From Bdellovibrionota bacterium (GTDB lineage Bacteria > Bdellovibrionota_C > UBA2361 > CALJRW01), in the NCBI GenBank assembly GCA_041740355.1, contig JBGSMD010000051.1, forward strand, positions 1 to 64,000: a DNA stretch of 64,000 nt. The letters run 5' to 3'. The notes under the pieces are model-generated. The model was not told the origin of the DNA. It ran no database searches and saw only the letters and a list, made by a program, of their open reading frames with translations. Positions 28,946 through 39,882 of the stretch are shown piece by piece. Position 1 is the stretch's first letter. Each line of letters starts with the position of its first letter. The position numbers and the translations under genes were made by a program.

Positions 28946-29601
28946 TATAGTTCCTTACCAACTGCTTGTTTAAATTCTTCATTAAGGAGTGATTTTACTC
29001 GAATTTTATACTGCACTCGCCTACTAAGGGGAGCGTTTTCTACTCCATCCACTAAAATAACTTCTCTTTCACCTCGTCCACTTGCTGAGGTAATTCCTAA
29101 GAAACAATCTTCCGAAGTTTCTGCATAATCAACCATCTTAAGCATAACTTCCAGGGAGCGTTTTTGGCTCAAAGCAAGATTGTGGGAGTCATCGGAAGAG
29201 GAATCAGTATGCCCTTCAACGATTATTGAATCAATTTTCTCAGAAAACTTAGTACCACAAACAATGTTTAAAAATTGAGGTGTGAAGTTGGCTAGAAAAT
29301 TTTGTGAATGAGGTGGAAGGACATATTGGTCAACTCCAAACTTGAGTAGGTTTTCAGGAACTATGACAACTAAAGTCAGAGGATCATTTGGATCTTGAGC
29401 TACGGTTATACCATCGAATGAACCGATTAATTCCTTCTCAAGTGCTTCTTTTATACTTGATAAGGTACTAGTAGTTTCAATTTTCTTATCTTCTTTCTCT
29501 AGATATTCTTGATTTAAAAATACCACTAAAAGAAGAATAAAAATGACCATTAGTGAAGTCATCATATCTGTAAGGGAGCTTTCAATATGAGAATCTTCCA
29601 T
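28945..29601 (-). CDS. zorB: Zorya ZorB (MotB/OmpA-like)
   Basis: SLTDMMTSLMVIFILLL TM with conserved Asp; IVEGHTD...NLALSQKRS...SRRV. Confidence 0.9.
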   Translation of the reverse strand: MEDSHIESSLTDMMTSLMVIFILLLVVFLNQEYLEKEDKKIETTSTLSSIKEALEKELIGSFDGITVAQDPNDPLTLVVIVPENLLKFGVDQYVLPPHSQNFLANFTPQFLNIVCGTKFSEKIDSIIVEGHTDSSSDDSHNLALSQKRSLEVMLKMVDYAETSEDCFLGITSASGRGEREVILVDGVENAPLSRRVQYKIRVKSLLNEEFKQAVGKEL

Positions 29602-29604
29602 CTA

Positions 29605-31755
29605 TTACCCTTGTATTTCTTTAGTATTATTGATCTCAACGAGATCATCGACACTTGATTTCAATTCCTCTACTGAACGATTTAATTTGTCATAACCAGA
29701 GCTAAAGGCATTATCCCATTCTCTAATGCTGGCACTTAAATTTCGACTTACTGCATTTCCATATGATTCCAGTCCTGTACTAATCTCAGAAAGCAACCCA
29801 CTTAATCCCCCATCTACCTCTGACAATACTTGCTTGTAGGTAGCAAGAACATGCTTACTACTTTCAAGTGCAGTAGTATATTCTTTAACTGATGAACTTA
29901 ATGCGTCTTCCTGCCTTCTTGCCTCTAACATCCTACTGTTAGTCGCTTTTTCCACTGAAATAACTTCTTTAATACTGATTTCTAAAGCGGTACTAGCTGA
30001 CTGAACCATGTTTGCAAAACCACGAAAGTTTTCCATTACAGAGCTACTTTTATTAATCATCTCCTCAAATCCTTGGGCAGACTTGTCCAATAGTGACTGC
30101 GCTTCTCTAAGTCCACTAATTCCCATATCGTTATTACTCTTACTTATTCGCACGAACTCCTTTACTTGCTCCTGTGTTGCTTCAAAACCACTAAGCAATA
30201 TCGCTAACTTCTCATCTACATTTGATACTTTAGTTTCATATCCTAACTCAACATCTCTTCCTTGCTTATCTAATTTCTCAGTTAAACTTTCTCCCTTTTG
30301 CTTTAAATCTTCAACAATTGAGTTTATGGAAATACCAAATCCATTAAATAAATCTCTAACCGTAATAGAAAGCGAATTACTAAGTTCGCTGAAACTGACC
30401 CTCATCGCATCTTTCATGCTTTCAGATTGCTCCCTTGCATTTTGCAATTGAATCTCACCAGTTGCTTTGATCTTTGACAATGTATTACTCATTTCTTCGG
30501 CAAAGCTAGAAGCAGAAGATTGTGACATCTCTGAAAGTTGAGTAATCAACTTAGCTATTTGATCGGAATTTTGTTTAAGTTGATCTGCAGACCTGTCTGC
30601 GTGTGAGCTGGAAGTAGATTCCATTTTTGCAACCATCTCTGCCACAGCATTAATCATTACGTCATTTTTCGTTGAAGAAGCTTCCAGAATTTTTGATACT
30701 GAGTCTAATGAGTCACTAAGTCTGTCAAATTCACCTCTTGCTGATCCTGAAAGATTTGACTGGAATTTTTGGGCAATACTATCTAGCATTTCGCCCATAT
30801 CGCCAGCTTTGTCTTTCTCCGAACGCTCAAGCAGAGCATTCATTTTTTTCATCGATCCATCAATACCTTCTAAGACTTCACTAATTTTATTTAATACTGG
30901 CCCTGCACTTTCTTGGAATCCTTGGCTAAAGCGTGAAACAAAGTCGCCGCTTAGATTTCTTATCTCACAATCAATCGAGTTAGAACTTATTTGAATTTGT
31001 TTCAAATAGGATTCAGCAGCTTGCCTAGGGAAAAAGCTGTTTAAATAACTATTTAATCTTAATATTTTTGAGTTTAAGTTTCCTAGCCACCACTTCTGGC
31101 AAAAGGTATAAATCAAAGCAAAAAACAATGCTGCGATTGAGGATACGAATTTTCCAGAAAGACTTGATACAAGTTCGGCAATACCATCAACTTGCCCTGT
31201 ATCTGAGATAACAATTTTAGATAAGCCAAGAAGAATGGCTACAAAAGTTAATACTAAGCCAAAGCTTGTGGCTAATGAAGGTATAGATGAATATAGCGCT
31301 AGATTAAGCTTGGTTGAGACGATTTTATCTAAACAAAAAAATTCTTCCGCCTGAATTGTGTTAAAAATTTTACCTTCGTCATTTCGAACAACAGTCTCAT
31401 TGAATTCATGCCAAGAATTAGATACAATACTTTCTTCAAAAAGTTGACTTACTTCATCAAATTCCGAAGCTGTTAACTGTCTTCCTGGTAATTCTTTTTT
31501 TGGTATTTTAGGTATTTCTCGATTAAGTTTTTCGATCGACCTTCTTATCTTTCCGGTCTTTACGCCCAGACTTATAAGGGGAATCAATCCTAATAACAAG
31601 CTAAGGATTACGCAAATCAACAAAAATGGCGGGGCTTTTATTCCAATTAATGTCCATGCGCCAAATAAAACTTCGTTGAATATTTCGTTAAATGGTAAGT
31701 TCTTTAAGTTAAGTAAACCTTCCCAAAATCCCATTACGACTTGTTTTTCTAACAT
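29605..31755 (-). CDS. zorA: Zorya ZorA (MotA-like TM domain plus long helical tail)
   Basis: WHEFNET, PSLATSFGLVLTFVAILLGL, LSGKFVSSIAAL; about 450 aa coiled tail. Confidence 0.9.
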   Translation of the reverse strand: MLEKQVVMGFWEGLLNLKNLPFNEIFNEVLFGAWTLIGIKAPPFLLICVILSLLLGLIPLISLGVKTGKIRRSIEKLNREIPKIPKKELPGRQLTASEFDEVSQLFEESIVSNSWHEFNETVVRNDEGKIFNTIQAEEFFCLDKIVSTKLNLALYSSIPSLATSFGLVLTFVAILLGLSKIVISDTGQVDGIAELVSSLSGKFVSSIAALFFALIYTFCQKWWLGNLNSKILRLNSYLNSFFPRQAAESYLKQIQISSNSIDCEIRNLSGDFVSRFSQGFQESAGPVLNKISEVLEGIDGSMKKMNALLERSEKDKAGDMGEMLDSIAQKFQSNLSGSARGEFDRLSDSLDSVSKILEASSTKNDVMINAVAEMVAKMESTSSSHADRSADQLKQNSDQIAKLITQLSEMSQSSASSFAEEMSNTLSKIKATGEIQLQNAREQSESMKDAMRVSFSELSNSLSITVRDLFNGFGISINSIVEDLKQKGESLTEKLDKQGRDVELGYETKVSNVDEKLAILLSGFEATQEQVKEFVRISKSNNDMGISGLREAQSLLDKSAQGFEEMINKSSSVMENFRGFANMVQSASTALEISIKEVISVEKATNSRMLEARRQEDALSSSVKEYTTALESSKHVLATYKQVLSEVDGGLSGLLSEISTGLESYGNAVSRNLSASIREWDNAFSSGYDKLNRSVEELKSSVDDLVEINNTKEIQG

Positions 31756-31902
31756 TTTTTGTAATTATTATAATAAATGTTCAATTGAATTAAGTAGATA
31801 ACATAACTGAATTACTGGTCTTATGATAGTTAAGATTTTCCAATGAGATTTGAATCGAGGATCGAGAGCTTCGCACTAGATAAAAGAACTTGATTAATCC
31901 CT

Positions 31903-33123
31903 CTAATTAAAGAGTTCCTTCATAATTAAATCAATACGCTCATATGCCCTCCTTGCACCATTATACCAGACTGACATTCGCTTGCTATTATCAATACTCC
32001 TATCAAATTTCATTTCTGATTTATAATTATAAATACTTTGAGGTGCTTTTGACCTATCAAAGATCGTTGGTAAATATTTTCGAGCAACTAGGATATTCGG
32101 ATGTTCATCAGAATTACTTCCAGATGCCATAGTCATATTTTCATCAGCAAAATCAATTATCACAACTTTTCGATTACGTTTGTCATAATAATTTGAGAAT
32201 GCACTACTTAAATGGTTATCAGCAAAACCATATCCAATGAATAAAATGGCATCGGATTCATACACTAGGCGATCTAATTCTGAATAATATGTCCGAAAAG
32301 GGTGATGCAAATTCTGAACTGTTTTCCCATACCCTGCAATTATATTTGATTTTGGGAAAGTGATCCCCTCATTACTAAATTGCAAGTTTCTGCCACTAGA
32401 ATTTCCATTAAACTTCTTATCTAATTCATTTTGCCAATGGATTTCATGGAGATTCTTTCTAATACTTTTCATGTTAAAATGGATAGAACCGTGCAAATGG
32501 ACGAAGCAAGGCCATTCTTGTCTTTCAATAATTAATCCTTCATTGAAGGTGCCATTCGAATCAATAAAACCTGTGAGCTTATTTCCAGAACTACGATATA
32601 AAATATTGTCATAATTAGTAGTTACTGTAGAAACCAAGTAACTCTCAGAAAGATTTTCATAAAAAGATTCAATTTCCCGATGAGATTCATTCCCTACATC
32701 AATGCATTTTTGCCTAATATCCAACAACAGTTTATCAATTAAGAATTGACTTAAATCTTGAAGAGCACCCCTTGTTTTTCTATGATCGAAATTATTATTT
32801 TTATTAGAATTTCTTAATGTAGGAATTTTTTCAAGCACAAAGAATGGATTATAAGAGGTAAGGGAAAATATTAAATATAATACATCTTCAAACGAAGGCT
32901 TAATATTATAGTTGCTCGGCTTGCTATCTTTCCAATGCTGCTCAAGACTATCATAAAGAAATTTATATAAATTTTGATCTGGTATATCTTGAAAGAGAAA
33001 CCTTTCATCACAAATATCTAAAAAAGATCCATGAATAGCACTGACTGATGGCATTTTATATTCAATAGTGGCACCAGAGCCAGCAATAATTAGTAATTTC
33101 TTTTTAGATTTTTTAATTAACAC
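31903..33123 (-). CDS. SIR2-like (SIR2_2) domain protein, putative NADase defence effector
   Basis: IIAGSGA, TTNYD, HLHGS, FIGYGFADNHL. Confidence 0.85.
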   Translation of the reverse strand: MLIKKSKKKLLIIAGSGATIEYKMPSVSAIHGSFLDICDERFLFQDIPDQNLYKFLYDSLEQHWKDSKPSNYNIKPSFEDVLYLIFSLTSYNPFFVLEKIPTLRNSNKNNNFDHRKTRGALQDLSQFLIDKLLLDIRQKCIDVGNESHREIESFYENLSESYLVSTVTTNYDNILYRSSGNKLTGFIDSNGTFNEGLIIERQEWPCFVHLHGSIHFNMKSIRKNLHEIHWQNELDKKFNGNSSGRNLQFSNEGITFPKSNIIAGYGKTVQNLHHPFRTYYSELDRLVYESDAILFIGYGFADNHLSSAFSNYYDKRNRKVVIIDFADENMTMASGSNSDEHPNILVARKYLPTIFDRSKAPQSIYNYKSEMKFDRSIDNSKRMSVWYNGARRAYERIDLIMKELFN

Positions 33124-33139
33124 TTATAAATTTTTAATA

Positions 33140-35452
33140 CTAAGCCGCCTCATACAAATACTTCTGAAAATCAATAAAGGTATTACGAATTACTTTTACA
33201 TCCCCTAAGATCTTGCGGGCATCATCAAGTGCTTTATACTTAAGAGTTAATAAATCAGGTAATTTATCTTCATCAAGTTCCCCAACTCCTGTTTCAACAT
33301 ACTTACTGAGGACAAATTCTAAAAATTCCTTCTGTTCTTTGGAAAGCATTGTAAATATCTTACGCTGAGCTTGTTCAGATCTAGCTTCTCTTGTAAGTGG
33401 AGGAGTAGCAAAAGCTATATATTCAAGTACATCAAATAGATCACTTTTTTCAGCATTCACTAGCTCTTGTAACTCTCTAAGTGAATCAGTCCCATACCCA
33501 GCAATACTTAGTTTGTTTAAAAGTTCTTTTCTAGTAATTGGATTTGACCAAAGTTCTCTTAATTGTGCTTCGCTAACAAAGAATTTTGGTAGTTCACCAA
33601 ACAGATTATGAATAAATTCTTCAGATGAAATTGGCTTACCATCTGGACTCCAAAAAGAAGTTTGTATCATGTGCTGAATTTGACGTTCTTTACCATCTTT
33701 AAGTTTAATAACTAACTTCTTTCTTTTCTCTTTAGGCTCATCATCATCTTCTTCTTCCGTTTCTCCGTCATATGGTGGCTCTGGTTCTTTAACTACATCA
33801 GGCCTAACTACCGTTGCAGGTTCTTCTGGTTCTCCATCCCATTCAGGATCAGAGAAGTGATTGTAAGCATTTACAAAGTCGTAAATTGTAAAATAATACT
33901 TCCCATCAAATAATCGTGTTCCCCTGCCGACTATTTGTTTAAACTCAATCATTGAATTAACAGGACGCATTAAGACAATATTACGAACATTTCTAGCATC
34001 TACTCCCGTAGAAAGTTTTTGCGATGAAGTAAGAATTGTCGGAATAGTTTTTTCGTTATCTCTAAAGTCAGCTAAATGTTGATCGCCGATAGCTCCATCA
34101 TCAGCAGTAACTCTGGCGCAATAATTTGGATCTTTACTTTGCTTTTTTTGATTGATTAAATCTCTGACTGCGGCTGCGTGAAGCTGGGTTGCACAAAAAA
34201 CTATAGTTTTCTCTTTCTGATTAATGTCGTTTAGGAACAAATCAACTCTTTTAGCTTCTCGCTCTTTAATTTCAATAATTTTATTAAAATCAGATTCTGT
34301 ATACTTTTTCCCTTCTACAACTTCCCCCTCTACGACTGAATCATCAGAAGTGTAAACATAATCATCTAAAGTAGTCTGAATTCGCTTTACTTTAAATGGA
34401 GTTAAGAACCCATCATTAATCCCCTCTTTTAATGAATAAGTATAAACAGGCTCACCAAAATATTCATAAGTATCAACGTTATCTCTTCTTTTTGGAGTAG
34501 CAGTAAGTCCTAGCTGAACAGCAGGAGAGAAATACTCTAAAATCCCACGCCAATTGCTTTCATCTCTTGCTCCGCCTCTGTGGCACTCGTCGATGATGAT
34601 CAAATCAAAATAATCAGCAGGATATTCACCAAAATAAGGCTTCCCTTCAGGCCCAGTCATGAAAGTCTGAAAGATAGTAAAAAAGATACTACCATTAGTA
34701 AGTAATCTTCCTTGTTTTTTAATTTCTTTAGGTTCAATTCGAACTAAGGCATCCTCTGGAAATGCAGAGAAGTCATTAAAAGCTTGATTAGCTAAAGTGT
34801 TTCTATCTGCTAAGAATAAAATTCTTGGCTTTCTGCTACCATCTCTTTTTAAATTCCATTTAGTTTGAAATAATTTCCAAGCAATTTGAAAAGCAATAAA
34901 AGTCTTTCCTGTCCCAGTTGCTAAAGTAAGTAAGATTCGTTGCTTATTATTCGCAATTGCTTGCATGCACTTATCAACAGCAATTTCTTGATAAAAACGT
35001 GGATCTTTCGTGCCACCATTACTTTCAAATGGCACAGCATTAAAAATATCTCTCCACTGATTTGCTTCCCCAAAAGTTTTCTTCCAAAGATCTTCAGGGC
35101 TTGGAAAATTGGAAACAAGTTTTTCTTCTCCTGTTTCCATGCAGATCTGGTAAATTTCTTTACCATTTGTTGAAAATGTAGTTTTTAAGTGTAGTTTTTC
35201 TGCGTATAACTTAGCTTGAGCAACTCCTTCCCCAACTTCTTTTTCATCACTCTTAGCTTCAATGACTGCTAATTTCTTGCCTTGATAAGTTAAGATATAA
35301 TCAGCTGATAATTTACTTCCACGACCAATAGCTGATATCTTTCCTGCCGTAATTGGAAATTCTCGATATACTTTTGAAGCTTCATGCACGCCCCAACCTG
35401 CTTCAGCAAGCTTTGGGTCAATTAATTCAGCTCTAGTTTCTGCTTCGTTCAT
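33140..35452 (-). CDS. hsdR: Type I restriction enzyme R subunit (EcoAI/EcoEI-like)
   Basis: MNEAETRAELID, ADY...VIEAK, LATGTGKT, DECHR, QIVGRGTR. Confidence 0.95.
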   Translation of the reverse strand: MNEAETRAELIDPKLAEAGWGVHEASKVYREFPITAGKISAIGRGSKLSADYILTYQGKKLAVIEAKSDEKEVGEGVAQAKLYAEKLHLKTTFSTNGKEIYQICMETGEEKLVSNFPSPEDLWKKTFGEANQWRDIFNAVPFESNGGTKDPRFYQEIAVDKCMQAIANNKQRILLTLATGTGKTFIAFQIAWKLFQTKWNLKRDGSRKPRILFLADRNTLANQAFNDFSAFPEDALVRIEPKEIKKQGRLLTNGSIFFTIFQTFMTGPEGKPYFGEYPADYFDLIIIDECHRGGARDESNWRGILEYFSPAVQLGLTATPKRRDNVDTYEYFGEPVYTYSLKEGINDGFLTPFKVKRIQTTLDDYVYTSDDSVVEGEVVEGKKYTESDFNKIIEIKEREAKRVDLFLNDINQKEKTIVFCATQLHAAAVRDLINQKKQSKDPNYCARVTADDGAIGDQHLADFRDNEKTIPTILTSSQKLSTGVDARNVRNIVLMRPVNSMIEFKQIVGRGTRLFDGKYYFTIYDFVNAYNHFSDPEWDGEPEEPATVVRPDVVKEPEPPYDGETEEEDDDEPKEKRKKLVIKLKDGKERQIQHMIQTSFWSPDGKPISSEEFIHNLFGELPKFFVSEAQLRELWSNPITRKELLNKLSIAGYGTDSLRELQELVNAEKSDLFDVLEYIAFATPPLTREARSEQAQRKIFTMLSKEQKEFLEFVLSKYVETGVGELDEDKLPDLLTLKYKALDDARKILGDVKVIRNTFIDFQKYLYEAA

Positions 35453-35500
35453 TTATAGTCTACTTTAGAATAATTCAAGCCTTATAGTCTAGTTAGTTTT

Positions 35501-36663
35501 TTAGGCAGATGCTTCCTGAATTGTAGATTCAGTTTCAGCAAGGAAGTTTTTGGTCAGTTCGCCACTAAAGGCTTTTTGGAGGAGGGATTTTTTTAATTGA
35601 TCGAGTAAGTTTAGTTTTTGTTGATATGTAGATTCTAAGGATTGTGAATAGTTTAAAATGGAATCTAATTTTTCAATAATATTACGTTGCTCAGTGATAC
35701 TAGGTAGATCAATTTTGAGATCTTTAATCATGCCTATCTTTAAAAATTTAGTTCCAGCACCGACTGATTGACCTTTAAAAAACTTTAAACTACTTAAAAG
35801 CTGAAAATAGAGATACCTATATAAAATTTTTTGTGATTCGTTCACTGTTATTACATATGTCCTCTGGTAAGCATTAAATTTACCTTGGTATGCTTCACAT
35901 TAAAATCACCAACAGCATTGTTTCCAGCTAATAAAATAGCCTCGCAGTCAAAAGCATACTGATTGATTTGAAAAATCTCCCTTGAACAAGTGAAAAAAGG
36001 ATATTTACCATTCTCATTCGCAGCATTTGCATCAAGCTTTCCAGTAGTAATATTGACTAAATTACCTAGTGGTTCTTTAACTGCATTCACCCCATGCAAA
36101 TATGAATCAAACAACTCTTTCACATTTTTTAAATTCTTTTCAGTATTCTCTTTGGCCTGAACAATAGCGGCAAAAACTTGATCAAGGATTTCGACGATGC
36201 GGCGTTGTTCTTGTAGTGAGGGGAGTAAAATTGGAAAACTTCTTAAATAACCAAGACCAACAAATTTCTGCGTAGTGCCTTTAGCATCAGCTAACATTTT
36301 TTGGATAACAAACTCACTCTCAAGATAGTATTTAAGAAAATTACTATTTTGAAGCTTGTTTGTCTTAAATAAAGCAACGTTCTTAATTGCAAAAGAGGGT
36401 GTTGCGTCCACGACAACAGGATTTCCTATAGTTCCAATCATTGCAAATAATACATCACCTTGATCGACTTTGCTTCTTTGATTGATTTTTAGATAATCAT
36501 CTTCAGAAATAAGATTAACATTATCAAAAAGTAGCTTTCCATTCTTTAAATTTTTAGAAGTAATTAAGGGAAATCCTTCTTTTTGATATTTAGGAGAATC
36601 ATGAGTTCCATCTCTAACATCATAAACATCAGAAAGTTTGGTTAATAACCAGTCTTGCTTCAT
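35501..36663 (-). pseudogene. hsdS: Type I RM specificity subunit, split by a 1-nt deletion near 35890
   Basis: TRD1 DGTHDSP...PSLQEQRRIV. Restoring one T (CAT TAC) gives KHYQGKFNAYQRTYVITV in frame with 35501-35845 (EQRNII...SLLQKAFSGEL). Confidence 0.85.
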
Positions 36664-38114
36664 AACATCCCTCGAATCTCTTCCAGAATCCCAGCACTCT
36701 CTAAATCTAACTCTCTAATCTCTTCTAGAATCTCCTCTGGTGTCCTCAATTCAACTTCATCTTTCTTATTTGGATTCGTAGCAGACAGATCAAAAGTATT
36801 CTGATCAACATCTACCATCTGAATAGTCCAAGAGTTCTCTGAATCCCCTTTATTCTTTTGCAGTTTTACAAACTCAGCTAAATCATTCTCATTAAGTGGA
36901 TTAGTCTTACCAAGATTTCTATCTAAATTAAGTTGATAAAACCAAGTTTTTTTAGTTGGCGATCCTTTTTCAAAAAATAGTACTACTGTCTTAACTCCTG
37001 CCCCAGTAAATGTTCCACCTGGCAGATCAAGAACAGTGTGTAAGTTACAACTTTCTAGTAAGTGTTTTCTTAAAGAGACAGAAGCATTATCAGTGTTTGA
37101 TAAAAAAGTATTTTTAATAACAATCCCAGCTTTACCACCTGCTTTTAAAGTCTTAATAAAGTGTTGCAAAAACAAGAAAGCAGTTTCCCCAGTTTTAATA
37201 GGAAAGTTTTGTTGAACTTCAGCTCTTTCTTTGCCACCAAAAGGTGGATTAGCAAGAACTACATCAAAGCGATCTTTTTCCTGAATATCAGCAATGTTTT
37301 CTGCGAGAGTGTTTGTGTGAATAATGTTCGGGGCTTCAATCCCATGAAGAATCATGTTCATGATTCCAATAATATAAGCTAAGGATTTTTTTTCTTTTCC
37401 ATAAAAAGTGCTTTTCTGTAGAGTTTCGCTGTCTTTAGTTGATAAGTTTTTACTAGTGCTTAAGTATTCAAAAGCTTCTACTAAGAATCCAGCCGATCCT
37501 ACTGCCCCGTCATAAATCTTTTCCCCAATTTGTGGATCAACAACTTTAACAATGGTTTTGATTAAGGCTCTAGGGGTATAATATTCCCCACCATTTCGCC
37601 CAGCATTTCCCATGTTCTTAATTTTGTCTTCATACAAGTGAGACATTTCATGTTTTTCAGCATGGGAACGAAACCTAAGTTCATCAATCCTGTTAATAAC
37701 TTCTCTTAGGTTATAACCGCTTTGAACTCTGTTTTTTAATTCACTAAAGATTTCACCAATTTTATATTCAATTGTATCAGCACTATCAGCAGTTCTTTTA
37801 AAACTCTTAAAATAAGGAAACAGCTTATTATTAACATACTCAATTAAATCATCTCCTGTTAATGCTTTATGATGATCTAGCTTTCCGTCAGCTAGTTTGG
37901 GAGTTGCCCAAGTGTCCCACTGATATTCTTTGGAAACGATTTCTTGATACGACTTTCCCTTTAGTTCGGCTGCTAATTTCTTATCCTTTTCCAGATCGTC
38001 TAAGTACTTTAAGAATAAGACCCAAGAAGTTTGCTCTACATAGTCTAATTCACTGCCACACCCAGCGTCTTTGTGGAGGATGTCGTCGATATTTTTGAAG
38101 GTTTGTTCGAACAA
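36660..38114 (-). CDS. hsdM: Type I RM methyltransferase M subunit
   Basis: GEYYTPR, YDGAVGSAGFL, LANPPFG; TTG start. Confidence 0.95.
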   Translation of the reverse strand: MFEQTFKNIDDILHKDAGCGSELDYVEQTSWVLFLKYLDDLEKDKKLAAELKGKSYQEIVSKEYQWDTWATPKLADGKLDHHKALTGDDLIEYVNNKLFPYFKSFKRTADSADTIEYKIGEIFSELKNRVQSGYNLREVINRIDELRFRSHAEKHEMSHLYEDKIKNMGNAGRNGGEYYTPRALIKTIVKVVDPQIGEKIYDGAVGSAGFLVEAFEYLSTSKNLSTKDSETLQKSTFYGKEKKSLAYIIGIMNMILHGIEAPNIIHTNTLAENIADIQEKDRFDVVLANPPFGGKERAEVQQNFPIKTGETAFLFLQHFIKTLKAGGKAGIVIKNTFLSNTDNASVSLRKHLLESCNLHTVLDLPGGTFTGAGVKTVVLFFEKGSPTKKTWFYQLNLDRNLGKTNPLNENDLAEFVKLQKNKGDSENSWTIQMVDVDQNTFDLSATNPNKKDEVELRTPEEILEEIRELDLESAGILEEIRGML

Positions 38115-38179
38115 GGTAAAATCTTTAAAAAATAAAGTTAATTTATAACGTTTTTATTTATGTTATGCGATAGCAAAAT

Positions 38180-38785
38180 TCAACTCAATCTATGAATTAA
38201 CATTACTTCATAAACATCTTTAAACCATTTAACACTATTTAAGATTTCAACATAATCATCATTGGAAATAATCATATCAGATGCCATATAAGGATGAGTT
38301 ATATTATGTCGCACTTGAACAATATCAATAAAAAGTTTCCATTCAGTTGAATGCTTAGATAAATCAAATTTATTGCTAGTGATAAGAGATATTGATTTCA
38401 ATGTATTCTTAGATCTGTCCTTAAAACTCCGATAATCTTTGTAATCTTTATTACTTCTGTTTTCATGACCTTGCCTTACGAACGTATTAATCATGATTTT
38501 TTTGTCAGAAATTTTAACATCTTGGCTTTGAAGTATACGAATTAAAATAGAAAGTGGCTCCAACTTTGTTATCATCCCCTCTAAATAAGCATAACAAGCC
38601 CTAACCATAGCTCTTCTAAATATCTGGTCTGGAAATTCTAAGTCTGGAGTCGCTCTTTTTTCTTCAGATTGAGCTAAGCGCCCTAGACATTCTACCTCAA
38701 GCCACGCAATCTCATGAAGTTTTTTTGCGTCAACAATTTGTATGTCAAAAATATTTTTAAGTTTTATTAAGTTTGAATTTTTCAT
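38180..38785 (-). CDS. Putative HEPN-domain protein
   Basis: RRAMVRACYAYLEG helix and R-x4-H motif VRHNITHP. Confidence 0.6.
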   Translation of the reverse strand: MKNSNLIKLKNIFDIQIVDAKKLHEIAWLEVECLGRLAQSEEKRATPDLEFPDQIFRRAMVRACYAYLEGMITKLEPLSILIRILQSQDVKISDKKIMINTFVRQGHENRSNKDYKDYRSFKDRSKNTLKSISLITSNKFDLSKHSTEWKLFIDIVQVRHNITHPYMASDMIISNDDYVEILNSVKWFKDVYEVMLIHRLS

Positions 38786-39494
38786 TATCTACCTCCGTTT
38801 TAATTGATAATTGGCTAATTAAATGACTTAGCTCAAATGCTTCATTTTCAAACCTTAACTTCCAAATATAACGTGTAGTGACTCCATCTTCATCAACATA
38901 TTCCAAATCTGCTGAATAAGGCTCTTGAGTAATTAATATATCCTGCACTAATAAACCCACATTGCTTAGTTTTAAGCTCCAATTACCAATCAATCCGCCC
39001 AAGTTAATCGAACCAATAGAAATATCTGAAATCAAATTACTATCACAACTTTCTCGGTGTAGCTCAATCTCATTATTATGAAATTTATTTGTTTGAATAT
39101 ATTTAGCAAATTGATTAAGTTCTGAGTCACTTAATACTTCGGCAGCCATACAAATCCTTTCTTCTTCTGGCGTTGCTACTCTGGACTCGATGATAAGACG
39201 TGCTGTAATTACTGCTATTAATCTAGGACCTAGGTTACAAGATGCGGACAAACAAACTTTTCTATATGATTCAAATAAAACTTGGCTTTTTAATTCATCA
39301 TTAATAATTGAATCTAGCATTTTTTGAAGTTCCATAGAAAAACAATTATTGTCATTTTCTGTAGCAAGTATTTCAATAAATTTATTAAAAAAATTCTCTG
39401 CCCTTCGTTTGGACCACCTATCAATTATATGTTGAGAAAATTTTCCTAAAATATACTTTGTTCCAAATTCAATACTTTGTGAGATTAATTCCAT
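38757..39494 (-). CDS. Hypothetical protein (defence island)
   Basis: 245 aa ORF overlapping the HEPN gene by 29 bp; no recognised motif. Confidence 0.7.
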   Translation of the reverse strand: MELISQSIEFGTKYILGKFSQHIIDRWSKRRAENFFNKFIEILATENDNNCFSMELQKMLDSIINDELKSQVLFESYRKVCLSASCNLGPRLIAVITARLIIESRVATPEEERICMAAEVLSDSELNQFAKYIQTNKFHNNEIELHRESCDSNLISDISIGSINLGGLIGNWSLKLSNVGLLVQDILITQEPYSADLEYVDEDGVTTRYIWKLRFENEAFELSHLISQLSIKTEVDNEKFKLNKT

Positions 39495-39540
39495 TTTACT
39501 TATTTGATAAATTAAACTTATTAATAAACAGTAATAATTT

Positions 39541-39882
39541 TTATAAAATTATTTTGCGCTTGTAATTCTCTTGCTCCGCCTTAAAATACATCTCCACAAA
39601 CTCAATCTTCCTTTCTTCCGGATAGTAAGCATAAATAATCCTAAAACCTGAATCAGCCCCTCTCCCTTTTAAAGACTTACAAGCAAACTTCTTAACCTTA
39701 ATAATTACTGGATTCTCAAACCCTACCCCAGTAATTCGAAGAGTTGCTGGGGGATTAGGGTGCGTAAGCCCTTCCATGCTGAGATACTTTTTTAAGGTTT
39801 CTAAATCATCCTGAATAGTCCGAAATTTCTTTAGAAATCTCTTCAAATCCTTCTTGAATTCTGGAGTCTCAGAAAATTCCAC
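39541..39882 (-). CDS. RelE/ParE-like toxin
   Basis: EFSETPEFKKDLKRF...KGRGADSGFRIIYAY...EMYFK; abuts the antitoxin. Confidence 0.75.
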   Translation of the reverse strand: MEFSETPEFKKDLKRFLKKFRTIQDDLETLKKYLSMEGLTHPNPPATLRITGVGFENPVIIKVKKFACKSLKGRGADSGFRIIYAYYPEERKIEFVEMYFKAEQENYKRKIIL

